Positions 9,002 to 21,636 of a stretch of 64,000 nucleotides of DNA are shown here, piece by piece. How positions within the stretch are numbered: the stretch's first letter is position 1; each line of letters begins with the position of its first letter. The position numbers were made by a program, and so were the translations under genes. The notes below the pieces were generated by a model that saw only the letters and a list, made by a program, of their open reading frames with translations, made no database searches and had not been told where the DNA came from. This DNA comes from Adineta vaga (taxonomy: Eukaryota > Animalia > Rotifera): positions 4,650,001-4,714,000 of the forward strand of contig CP075495.1 of assembly GCA_021613535.1 (NCBI GenBank), written 5' to 3'.

Positions 9002-10679
9002 TTATACTCGAACACAACCAGTTTTGTCTGTTAAAGCAGTAGGGCATGATACTTGCTTGAATCGTGCTGAGGGATTATTCGCATTCATGAACCAATCGAA
9101 TCGCCAATAACAACCACGTCGAAGAACAATTGGTAAATTACTACAATTTGCTCGATTAGTTAAACCTCCAAATTGATTACCCCATAAATAAGATCCTCCG
9201 AACTGTTGTGAACATCCGTTACTCGAATAACCCCATCCACTACCAGGTATTTGTAGAATAAACGTATTATCAGTCGTACTAGCTGAATTGATTACTTGTA
9301 CAATGAATTCTTTACCGACCACTGGACCGGATGTGAACAATAATGAATAACATGCACAACACCAGTTCCATTCTGATTGTCCCTAAAATAATACAAATAT
9401 TTATATATTACATATAATTCAATCATAACTTACACTAATAGAACCACCAGCATAACCGTACGAAAGATCACTGCTAACATTCCATGGTTGTTGATCAGTA
9501 CACATGTACGAACTACCACCATTGCAGTATGATTGAGTATTACTATCGATTGTTGTATTACCGTCTTGTGTACATGTTCTTGCTGGATTTGTGACCGAAG
9601 CCTTATATGGCCAACCACAACTTAGTTTACAACAATCCCAATAGGTACTTGTAGATGTATTTTGACGACTGTCATTGAAATAGGTTGTTGTTATCGGCGA
9701 TTCAGTAGTTGTCAGAACAGTCGTCACTGTTGATGACAATAAACATTGTGAATATGAACTATTTTTATAAACACAAGATAAACCGCTACAGCAATTCGTC
9801 GTACCATTCCATCCATTACCTCCACATTGATTGTATATATTATTACAAGTTGCTAAATGTATGAAAAAAATGAATTAGATGAGAAATAGATCAGCTGTTT
9901 TTCTGAGCATATTCTTTAAAAATCTATCAAATTCTTCATGAATTCATCGCATATAACTGTTACATATACGAATATTATAATTTTTCAAAATCACAACATT
10001 TATTTTCAAGTATTTAATGGAAAGTAGATGCAAAAATTAAAAATCATGTAAAACCACTCTTATAAAAATAGAAGATAACAACAGAGTTGAACACCTTTTT
10101 CATGTCTTATATGAACTAAGATATGTTGGAATACATATTTTTGAAGAAGAAATTAAAATCTAGAACATTTTTAAGTTCACCTAAGGGATACTAATAATGA
10201 ACTTAGTATCACCTTCTTCAAATGAATCATTTCGAGTCTGGTATGAAACATAAAGTTTAACTCTTACTATTCCTATACAATTTTCATATGAATTCACTTA
10301 TATCTATATATTAAATCGAAGACTTCAAATTCGTTCGAATCATTGTAAAAGAGAAGTAATTTTTACCTATCGTAGTTGCTGATGTTTGAATGAAGATAAG
10401 TTTTGCATTAGGATCGATTCGAATATTTGATCGTGAAACATAGTTTGAAAATAATAAGCAAGTATAATTGTATTCATAACAGGCTATTGCTTCATGAGAC
10501 GAAGAATGATTTGAGAAAAATGCACGACATATACATTCTGAACATGTAACATTATATAATATAGCATTTGAAGAATCAGCAGAAACATATGTCGCTGACT
10601 CAAAATAAGTTAAATGTGTTGAATAATGTATATTAAAAACGATTTGAAATATAAATAATATGAAAATTCGTCGATTCAT
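9002..10679 (-). CDS. Secreted chimera: Cys-rich PAN/apple-like domain, CBM1, Thr linker and GH45 endoglucanase-like domain (probably inactive)
   Basis: Exon 1 10679-10367 (signal peptide [20 protein letters not shown]...[12 protein letters not shown]). Phase-1 intron 10366-9853. Exon 2 encodes CBM1 ([36 protein letters not shown]), a linker and [11 protein letters not shown]. Exon 3 encodes [27 protein letters not shown]. Confidence 0.85.
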
Positions 10680-11861
10680 TTTCACGACTAGAATAAGTAT
10701 ATTTTTCGATCTATTTCTCAAAATGGAAAATATCATATGCCATATATTCGACTTTTTTTCTTTGAATATATAAGACAGAAAAGAAGATACCTCAATGGAT
10801 CTCGAGATATCCTTGAGAAAATAAATTTAATAGCATTTACTTAAACGCTGAATACGATACACTTTTGGTGAAGCATTTCTAATTGTGGAAAAGAAAAGAA
10901 AAGAAAATTCTAGTTGATTGAGTGAACGATAGAAATTCAACAAAACGATATAGGTCTTTTTACGTTCAAAATTAAACAATTTCAAAACCTGTAAGAAAAA
11001 CGATGTTTAAGATACAGTTTTGTATTCAAATCAATTATATTTTGAAGATCTCTATTTAGTAAAGTCTATTCGTAATAAAAACAGACAATATTTATCAGTA
11101 GAGAGCTAATAGATATTTACAGATGATTGTTCTGATTTTCGAATGAAAATATTGTATTTTTTCGGCTTGCTTTTCTTGTTCTTGCTATAGTACGATCAGT
11201 ATCAATTCATTCAGTTTATATACAGGTTAATAAAGACCGTTTTCAGAAAAGAAATGAACAGTATTTATTCGTGTACTATGCCCCATTCTTATTCTGCATG
11301 ATTTTTGCACGATTACTGACGATATTGAAACGGATTGTCTCGTTCGATCTAATGTGAGTAAATTGAATCGAAAATGGTACTAGTATTGATAGGATATTCA
11401 TTGAGATTTGTATTATTGACGTAATGATCGATACAGAAATCTACAAAGAAATACATTGCATTATCTACGTAATCACTAATTTAATTTTTATATCTCCACA
11501 TTGAAACACCAAAACGGCAAGAAAAATTTATAGGCATAAGAGTCATTTATACGTACACTCTCAAAATAAAACGTTTCCGAGAAACTTCAGGTACTTCTAC
11601 CATTCATGATAATAAATGTCACATCAACCATGGTTCATAAAATATTTTTTGAACTAAAAGAACGGCAAAAAGTAAATGCTCATATGGAATTAATGACGGA
11701 AATATATTGAGAAACAACTATTCAGTTTTGTAGGTGCAAAACGAGTTTCTTTACTTTCAAATGAACGGTAATAATTTATTAAGTTTTGGTATGAAGAGGA
11801 AAAGAGAAATATAAAAATAGATTTCAAAATATCATTCTATTTCAAATGTTTTCTTTATCAA

Positions 11862-13985
11862 TTAAATCAATGGAGTTTTGCCGCGAAATGTCGGCGTTTG
11901 CGGTTGTGTATTTTCAGCAAAGGAATTATTTAAACTTGTTGCTACACGATAACCACGACGAGATGAACGATCTTGTGCACTTGGACTTCTTGCTGTTGTC
12001 ATTCGTGATAAAGGACGTTTGTCTGATGTATATGATCGATCTTTAATACAAAGAAACGTATTGCATAGAAAATGAGATGAACTATCTAATTAACAAATAC
12101 CTGTTAATGCATTTGGATTATCTCGAATAACAATTGTTGGTGTTGCTCGATCATTAGCATTTCTTGTTACTGGTCGATCAACAACAGTAATTTCAACAGG
12201 AGTATAATGATTATTATTTGCTGGCGTTGTTAAACGTTTATTTGGTGTCATCGTTCGAAGTGGGGATGTTGCTCGTTCACATGTATCATTATTATCGACG
12301 TTAGTCGAATATTGTGAAGTTAATTTAGATTGTTTCAAAAACGTTTCTAATTGTTGTTTTTGTCGATCTTTTTCTTGACGTTGTAAAACTTTATATGGCC
12401 AATAAACGCTAAATGAAAGAAAACAGAAATTCTTTTGCGATACAAAGGAAAATTTTGAAAAAGCAAACTATTACTTATTCAAATTTGTTGTTGACGATTG
12501 ATCAGAATTTATAGCATCAGACGGAAGATCACTTTCAACGCATTGCATATCGTGCATGGTTCGACTAATTAATTCCATCGCTAAACGTTTTTCTAGATAA
12601 ATACAGACAAATCAAAATTTCTTGCTATTTTCAAAAATCAATTCAAACCTGTTGGATTCGCATTAACAAGCCACTCTTGAGCCTCGAAAATATTATCCGT
12701 TTGTAAAATATAACAAAGAATTGGGATTAACTAACCAAAAAAAAACAATACAACAACTTATGAAAAGAGAAGGAGAAATAATAATTATACCCATATTCCT
12801 GGATCTTGATTTTCATCATTCGATGATGTTTGTTCTTGATCAGTTTTTCCAGTGGGTGTCTTTGGTTTTGATGTTTGTGGTCGTTGAGAACGTTGACTCG
12901 CGCGTCGTTGTAATAATCGTTTGGAAATATTTTGTTCATCATTTGTATCAAAATTAAAACTTGTTGCAGAACTACAACTTCGTTTTGAAATAGATTTATT
13001 CAATCGTGCTGATCGAGATTGACGTGAATATGGATCTTGTTCGTCAGTTGTTGAAAGTGATGATTTAATTTGTTGAGCTAAGTCCATTAATTCATGACGC
13101 CATGCATCAGCTGAATTATCTGTAAATATTGGAACGATTTATTTAACTTATCGAAAAAATATCACCATTGTTATTTTAAAAAAATTAATCACATGGACGT
13201 GCAGAACGTTATTTATTTTATATTAAAAATAAATTCGAAGTTTTGTTGTCTCTCCTAGGAAATGCACTCAGAAAGTTCGCAAGTTTATTTCGTGTTCAAT
13301 GAATAATTTATATTAGATAAATATGTACTGAAAAGCTTTTGCTCTTTAAAATTAATTTGAATTAATTTCAATAAAATGAATTGAAATTGATCCGAAGTAG
13401 ATTGTAATGTATCCTTAGAAATGCTACATGTCAAGTGAATATTATTTTAACTATATATACTCGTAATAAACTAGAGAAAAATTTACTCAGTAAAAACTAA
13501 TTGAAATGATTCATTTTCAAATGTTTGTCTTTTAAATCTTTGGAAATTAAATTCTATAATCTGAAATCTGCGCGCACTTGATGAGCAAAACTTACAAAGA
13601 CCGAAACCATTGGACTTATCCATATCTAAATCATTGGAATTTTGAAATGGATTGCTTTTCATTAAACGACTGGCATAATTTGGAGTATCTTCTATATAAG
13701 GAATGAATCCAGTTTTAATATCTATCATTAGAAAGATACAGTACAAAATAACAAGACGTATTATAAACTAGAAAGTTTACTATGCATAAATTTCAATCGT
13801 CTTGGACAAGCAGCATGTCGTGCTGGACGTACGAAGAACATATTTGAACTTCGATTTCCAAAACGTTGTCGTGCATTTGTTAAATTTTCATAATGTGTTT
13901 CGTTAGGAAAGGCTGGACCGTAAACTAAATGAACTGAATTGTATCAGCGATTTCTATCATCTTTCCATAATTACTTACAAGTCAT
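11862..13985 (-). CDS. TBATA: TBATA/SPATIAL-like protein (multi-exon)
   Basis: Spliced model gives RFGNRSSNMFFVRPARH, AWRHELMDL and LIPILCYILQTDNIFEAQEWLVNANPTEKRLAMELI, which resemble the conserved TBATA blocks (recalled, not searched). Confidence 0.65.
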
Positions 13986-14669
13986 GTTTTAGCAAGATAT
14001 ATGAAGCTGAATGTAGCTTTTGGTATGTTTCTTTGTTTAAGAAGAAAGGAGACGAAGAAAAAAATGTAATGACAACGACAACTCAAACAGTGTAGCAACA
14101 GAAAAATTTGTTCACATACTTTCTTTGTTTGACAGAATGATTTCTTTTCTTATTTATAATGGAAAGAATAAGATTGATTTCTTCTGCTCTTGTCAACCAA
14201 TCATCAACAACAATAACATCCATCACTAACAACAACACAAGCAAAAATAAAGCGACTGTCAATTGAAAAACATGGACGGTATATATGTATTCATATTCAT
14301 AACATAATTTTCAAATTTGTGCTAGTTGATAAGAAAAATATTTTCTTTTTTTTTTGTTGCTGTCTTAAGATTGTTTTTTTCATATTGACTGCTATTGCTT
14401 CTTGTGTTCTTTTCTAATTCACTCATGTGCACGAGTTCCTTAAGAGCTACTTGAAATTGTTTGTCAAAAGCATACGTTGTAAATTAAAATTTTATATGAA
14501 TATTTATTTTAAATTAAAATCAAGGTGAGAAACAAAAAGAAGAAGAATAAGAATAAGGCTGATATTCGAACAAAGAAAAATCGAAAAAATATATCACTTT
14601 CTGGTGGATGTCCTTTTTTTATTTAATAGTTCTTAAAAAGTAATCTTTTGTTCTTTTGGAAAAATGTCC

Positions 14670-16207
14670 CTATGAATACGTTGCTTGATGATAACGTGCT
14701 GTAGTATCGCAGGGATTTGGAGCAATATTTGGTTGCAAATTTGCATAACCAACTGAACCTGAATCAGCTGCATGATAGATATTTGATGGTGCTGAATTAA
14801 TGCCAGTATATTGATTTTCCATCACTGGATTAGATGTGTAATGTGCATGAATATCCGTTGGTCGTCGTGGTGGAAGATAGGATTCACCAGATGAATAAAT
14901 TGATGATGCTTTCGGAGGAAAAATATTACGAACAGAAGTTGTTTCTTGACTATGATTCTATTGAAGAAAAACAAGATTAGAATTCAATATATGTCAATTT
15001 TTTCAATAGCGTACAGGCAAATGTGCAACTTGAATAGGTACTGGACCATAAAAATGTGGATTCAATGGAGCTGCACGAACAACAGAAGAACCAAGTGCAC
15101 CATAACCAATATGTCCACCAGCAGCTACTCGAATTCCTTCGCGTGCAATGACCTAATTTAGAAAGCGATCATTTAATACTAATTTTATTTATTTATTTAT
15201 ACTGACTGTATCCAAAATAGCAGCTAGAAAAGAAAGAAAATTTTTTATTTCTCTTTACAAGAAAAACTTCGTTACAAACCTGCTTTTAATTTATCTTCAA
15301 AAAATGGAAATGCACTCAGTATATAATCATTTCCTTCTTGTGTATTCGCATCATTGAGAGCTCTTTTATATAAATTAGTAAATAATCATGTTTAAAATTG
15401 AACAATAAAGTCTATTTTATCTAACCTTTTTACGTATTGAAGTGCCTCAAGACGATCATTATGTATAGTGACCGAAGCAAGAATATGTCGTGCTTGTTGA
15501 CAAGTCATTGGTATTAAGCGCTAATAAAATAATTAATTCAAAGGCGAGATTTTTATGATGTTTTCCTTTACCGGTTCTAAGATCATAATTGCTTTAATTC
15601 GATCTTTTGGTCGTGTTATTGATGAAACAATATGACCAGCTTGTTCTCCACTGAAAAATCCACGTGAATGATAAAGACTTTCGAGTTTTTTCTCATGATC
15701 AGTTGTTTCCTAAAGAAAGAAACAGAAGAAATGTTATTAGTAATAGTTCATTTAACAGCTGCATTCGTTCTATTTAGTAACATAATTGTCCTTTCTTGAA
15801 ATAACACTGATTCTATTGAGTTTGTTAGCGATTTTATTCTGTTCATATTTAGAAGAAACGAAAATTTTCTGTCAGTCTGTTACCACTATTGATGTTCGTT
15901 CATCAGAAACTTAAGTTTTGTCGAAATATCTTTGAATGAATATATGTAAATTGTAGAAAGAAGATGAATATCAAGGTTATGTTTTGGTAAAATTTAGTAA
16001 CCTACATGAATCATTGTTCGAAGTAAAACTTCGAATTGTTGATCACTCATGGATGTTTGATAGCTTCGATTTTGTGATGGATGAACATTTTTAGCAATAG
16101 GATCAAGAAAATTCATGATGATAAACGATATCGATGAAGTTGGTGGCTGAAATAGAACAAAAAAAAAGAAAGTTCTTTTGTAAAACTTTTCCAAAAACAA
16201 CCGTCAT
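14670..16207 (-). CDS. DUF4476/PROSER1-N-like helical domain protein with Pro/Ser/Tyr-rich tail (multi-exon)
   Basis: Exons join as MSDQQFEVLLRTMIH-ETTDHEKKLESL...FFSGEQAGHIV...KDRIKAIMILEP-RLIPMTCQQARHIL...DRLEALQYV...ILSAFPFFEDK; includes a 17-nt microexon (15207-15223). Start may instead be 16116. Confidence 0.6.
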
Positions 16208-18148
16208 TTTCTTCGTTGTTACTAAAACATCATCCTCTATTCATTTGAAATAGATTTCAATTTCAATTTTAAAACAATCATTTAAGAAAGAAAATTCTTT
16301 GCATCTAGAATTGATTATCTTCTAATTAAAAACTATTTTTGAAAAGATTTCTCGATAAACTGACATCTATCGACACTTTTTACTATTTGTTAAGAATCGT
16401 GGAACCATTGATCAACATACGTAACATACATACATAGAAATAAATAAAAATAAGCAAGAAAAAAAAAGAAATCAACAAGCATTCTGACGTGGATCATATT
16501 AGTTGGTTTTTATTCGAATATTAAGCAGAAAGATCATTATCAAACTTATATTTAATGATGGTGATTATAATGAAAACATAACAACTTATATTTTTGATGA
16601 TAAATCGACAAAAACAACAGTTCCACGTTCAATAGTGACGATATTTAGAAGAATTTGATTATATCAAATATTACATACACAATTTATTCATTTCATATCC
16701 AAAATTAGTGCCCAAAACCATTGTATATTGTATTAGAACTTAGGATACCGTTTGTTTGGTTATATCTTCGATCAGTTGCATGTTAAGGAATTGTAGTGCA
16801 ATGAAAGAATTTCTTACATTCAGCATACCATCTTCAGGAGTAGTTGAGTAATTTAAATTTTTTGAGAACAAATGAAAATATTAAAGCAGTTTGAAATATT
16901 TGTTCTTTTTGTAGAAAAACATGAGTAGTTTGGATTTTTTGCTGGAGAATTAAATGAATTCTTCAGAGATATGTTATCGAATATCCAATATGATCGCCCA
17001 AAGTATATGAGAATCATTTCTGTTATGTTAAAGAAAAATTTTCAATTGAAATTCTTCTTGTTTTTCACTTCAAAGTGTTAAAAACATTTGAAATAGATTT
17101 CGTTTTTTAAATCCTAACTAACACCCTCATCTATAGGAGTTAATCTATCATCAAATAATGTGTGTTCGATAATGCATTGGTCGGTATAAAAACAATGAAA
17201 ATGCATATTTCAACCTCATCGCTTGTTATATAATCCGTACACTAGATTGAGTATACAGTATTGATGGAGTGTTATGCATTTTTTTTATTGAAGTATTCCC
17301 TTTCTCTTCGGATTCAATCTAGTCGATATCTCTTGAGAAATTCATCGAAGTAGAAAAAGAACAACTCTTAAACTTCTACTTAAATATTTTTTTTGTGTTC
17401 ATTAACGTAAAACAATCGATTTCCTGTCATGACTTTTTTTTTTGTACTGACTCTTCGTTAGTCAAATTGTAAAGGATACATGAACTAATCATCGATAAGT
17501 AAAGAAAAACAACTCTAGAGACAATAGAAGTGTTTAAAAATTGATCAGTACTACATACAGACGAAGATTAACCTGGTTTGTATCGTTTGAAAAGTGAGGA
17601 GGAAGAAGTATGAGTAAATGAATAAGAAAGAGAGAGGAAGGGCAAATGCGTGACAATCTCTCGATTAGTTTTATTGTTGTCTATTCTTTCTTTCCCAATC
17701 GATTACTAGTTGTAAAAAGAAGGCAAGAGAACATGATCATGTTTATTTTATTTTTTAACATGAACATGTTAAGAAGTAAGAAGAAGAATGAATAATGAAA
17801 TTTGAGAACAATCGACACAGCTGTACTGCTTGTGTAGTCTATTTTATTCAGTGATAAAGGCATATTTCGATTATTCTTTTATTTTTATTCGTGTAAGTAT
17901 GTGTGGTAACAGACTGTTGGCAGGTCGTTTAACATACGTATATATATATATATTTCTTGATCTTAAATAACAAAATATCATCGAAACAATCCTCCTTTAT
18001 ATATTTTAGTCTTTTTCTATCATCGAGTTATTTAAAATCGATTATTTTTCTTTTCTTTCTTCTTTCAGAATATAATCTCATGCTCGATATTTCGCGAGAA
18101 CATATCGACAGGTAATGTCGACAAACTATAACAGTGAAAATTTCAAAC

Positions 18149-20655
18149 ATGAATATCCATATTCGTCGTTATTTATTTCGTTTTATTCTTTTTATACCTG
18201 TTATTTGGCTTTTAATTATTCTTATACTTTTGCAATCGAATGAAATTTCTACAAAATCATCTGATAATACTAAATTGAACCGACAGAAAAATTTTAATCA
18301 TCGAATAGGACGTGATGCTGATGAAGCTGATGCATTCGGTGGTAATGCATTAGAACAATTACGTGATCATTTCGTACCAATAGAGAATAAATCTAATCAT
18401 GATGGATCACCGAGTGACGCAGTTCATGTTATACATGAAAAACCACAACAAGTAGCAGCACCACAATTAGAAAATCCGAAACAAGATCTAAATGGACCTG
18501 GAGAAATGGGTAAACCATTTGATGTTAATAAAGATAAATTAACACCAGATGAACGTAAAAAATATGATGATGGTTTTCAAAAAAATGCTTTTAATGGATA
18601 TGTTAGTGATTTAATATCTATACATCGTAGTTTACCTGATGTACGTGATCCTGGTTGTAGAAAAATAAAATATGAACATTTACAAGCACAAGCAAGTGTA
18701 GTCATGTGTTTTCATAATGAAGCATGGTCGGTATTATTAAGATCTGTACATTCAATTCTTGATCGAACTCCTCCAAATTTATTAAAAGAAATTATACTTG
18801 TCGATGATTTTTCTGATATGGGTAAGTTTTTGAATTTCACATGAAAGAAAGAGAACAGAATAGGAATGTTTTCTATTGAATAGAACATTTACAAAAGCCA
18901 CTTGATGATTATCTTAAACCTCTTGGAAAAGTATTTGTTGTGCGACAACCTAAACGTGAAGGTCTTATTCGATCACGTTTAGCTGGTGCTGCTACAGTGA
19001 AAGGTGATGTGATTGTTTTTCTCGATTCACATATCGAAGCAACAGAAGGTTGGCTTGAACCTTTAATTGATCCAATTGCAGCCAATCGTACCACAGTTGT
19101 AACACCTGTTATTGATGTTATTGATGATACAACATTTAAATATAATTATGGTGCTGTAAGTTCTTTAAGTGTTGGTGGATTTGATTGGAATTTACAATTT
19201 AATTGGCATGGCATACCAGAACGTGAACGAAAACGAAGAAAACATGAGCTTGAACCTGTTCGAACGCCAACTATGGCTGGAGGACTTTTTGCGATGAGTA
19301 AACTTTATTTTGAAGAACTTGGTACATGTAAGTTTCAATGAATATTATCGAACAGAAAAGAAATATACATTTAATTTCAGATGATGCTGGAATGGATATT
19401 TGGGGTGGTGAAAATCTCGAAATGTCTTTTCGAATATGGATGTGTGGTGGTAAGAATGTTTTTTTTTGTTTCGTTCAATCGTTTATTTTCATAATTCTTG
19501 AATAGGTACATTGGTGACTGCACCTTGTTCACATGTTGGTCATATATTTCGAAAACGTTCTCCATATAAATGGTTACCAGGCGTTAATGTTGTGAAGAAA
19601 AATGCTGTTCGTGTAGCTGAAGTTTGGCTCGATGAGTATAAAGTATAGAAACATATCAAAATTTCATACGTTCTTAACATCAAGATATTTTTCTTTACTT
19701 TGTTTAGAAATATTATTATGAAAGATTCAATTATGACTTGGTAAGGGAAAAATTCATTTCTACATATGTGATTGAGTTTCTTCTATAGGGAGATTATGGT
19801 GATGTGTCTTCGCGAAAATTACTACGACAAAAATTACAATGTAAATCATTTAAATGGTTTCTTACGGAAATTTATCCAGAACAATTCATTCCTGGTGATG
19901 CTGTAGCTTCAGGCGAGGTTTGTAGAATGAAAGAATATAAATAAGTATTTTTTAAAATGAAAAAATTTTTAGATACGAAGTGTAGGAGCTGCTTTTTGTG
20001 TTGATGGAAGTACGGATCATAAAAATTATCATAAACCAGTTATCGGTTATCCTTGTCATTCGCAAGGTGGTAATCAAGTATGTTATGATCACCAAAAATT
20101 ATAGATAAGTATGAAATAATGATATTGATTTATTTATTTTTTAGTTTTTTATGCTAAGTAAATTGGGAGAAATTCGTCGAGATGATGGCTGTTTAGATTT
20201 CTCTGGTGGTATTAATGATGCAAATAAAGATGACAAAATTATAGTATATCCATGTCATGGAATGAAAGGAAATCAACATTGGGTTTATAATGAGGTTTGT
20301 TTTATACTGAAACTATCAGCATAGAATTCAAAATAGAGAGAAGATAAGAAGAATTATATGTTGATGAGAATATTTTTTTTGTTCATCGAAAGTGCGAATG
20401 ATCTTAACTTGTTATAAATCATTCTATTCCATATCAGTAAACTTCTAAGAGATTCACTGTGATAATTTCTATAGAAAAAAATACATGTATTTCTTCTTGT
20501 AGAATAATCAAGTACATCATCCAGTATCAAATCTATGCATGACATTATCTGAAGATAGTAAACACATTCGAATGAGTCAATGTGATGCAAATAATCTACG
20601 CCACAAATGGTCATGGAAGCGTAAACCACTGAACGAAACAAAGAAAGCTGAATGA
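18149..20655 (+). CDS. GALNT: Polypeptide N-acetylgalactosaminyltransferase (GT27 plus ricin lectin domain)
   Basis: Type II TM anchor; [41 protein letters not shown] (DxH), [32 protein letters not shown]; ricin repeats CHSQGGNQ and CHGMKGNQ. Confidence 0.95.
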
Positions 20656-21079
20656 ATAAAAAAATCAATAGGATCAATCTTATAAATCAATCGTTGCTCT
20701 CACATATCTCAATATTAGTGTGTGCATGCGTGCTTCTTATATTGTTTTTTTTTCATATAATACTATGTGAGTGTGCAATATCTGGTACTAAACTACTTTA
20801 TTGTTGTTGCTGTTTTTTTCTAAATATAATATTCTGTGATTATTTTTCTCCTGTCTTCTGCTTTATTTTAGCTTTTATTCAAATTTGTTTTGTTTTTGAA
20901 CAAGACTTTGTTAATTAATTTCATAAGTTGCTCGTTCTTTCTTTCTTCTTCTCTGTCTTTTTTTCCGTATTTTATTTCCGATATAAATTTGTTGAATTGG
21001 GCGATAAAACAATGAATAATAGAACGAATGTATCATTTTAGTATATTGATTTGTTTCGTTTTGTTTTTAATTGTATTAG

Positions 21080-21510
21080 ATGGAAAATAACAGATTTCTT
21101 ACACAACTTTTCGAAACAAATACAGATGATCAACGTATTGAAAAAATTCTTCTTTTACAACGTCTGATTCGTTCCTATTATGTTCGTCGACAATTTGAAC
21201 ATGTTCGTAAAGAATATTTGAAAACATTAGCAGATATTGAAGGAGAAGTTTCTATTAAACCAATCGAAACTCATTCAACTACAACTGAAGAATCATCAAA
21301 ACAAACAGGTAACGGAAATGATTTGACTATGATAATAATTGATGTAATTTTTGTATTTTTTTTCTTCTAGTTGCTATACTTCCATCAAGAGAAGAATTAT
21401 TACGAAAACGTGAAGAAATTGCTATTGAACTTCTTTGGATGGAACAAGCCATTCAAAGTCGAAAAGATTATCTACGATTAAAAGCTCGCTATACAAGTTC
21501 TATTTGTTAG
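21080..21510 (+). CDS. IQCC: IQ domain-containing protein C-like (2 exons)
   Basis: IQ motif LQRLIRSYYVRRQF..EY...IEG; second exon encodes IAIELLWMEQAIQSRKDYLRLK, matching the IQCC C-terminal block. Confidence 0.75.
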
Positions 21511-21636
21511 AGAAATAAAAGAATGAATTTTTTTTGTGTGTTTTTGTACAAATTTGACTAAGAGTAAAATAGAATGATAATAGGTTTTTGCCTTTTTGTT
21601 TTAAGATGATATTTGATTAGTTTGGGAAAAAAAAGA

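Noticed and set aside
16503-16658. 51-codon open stretch (LIFNDGDYNENITTYIFDDKSTKTTVP) that looks like a decayed exon
   Set aside because: No start, splice context or recognisable family; a pseudogene call needs a TBLASTX hit.
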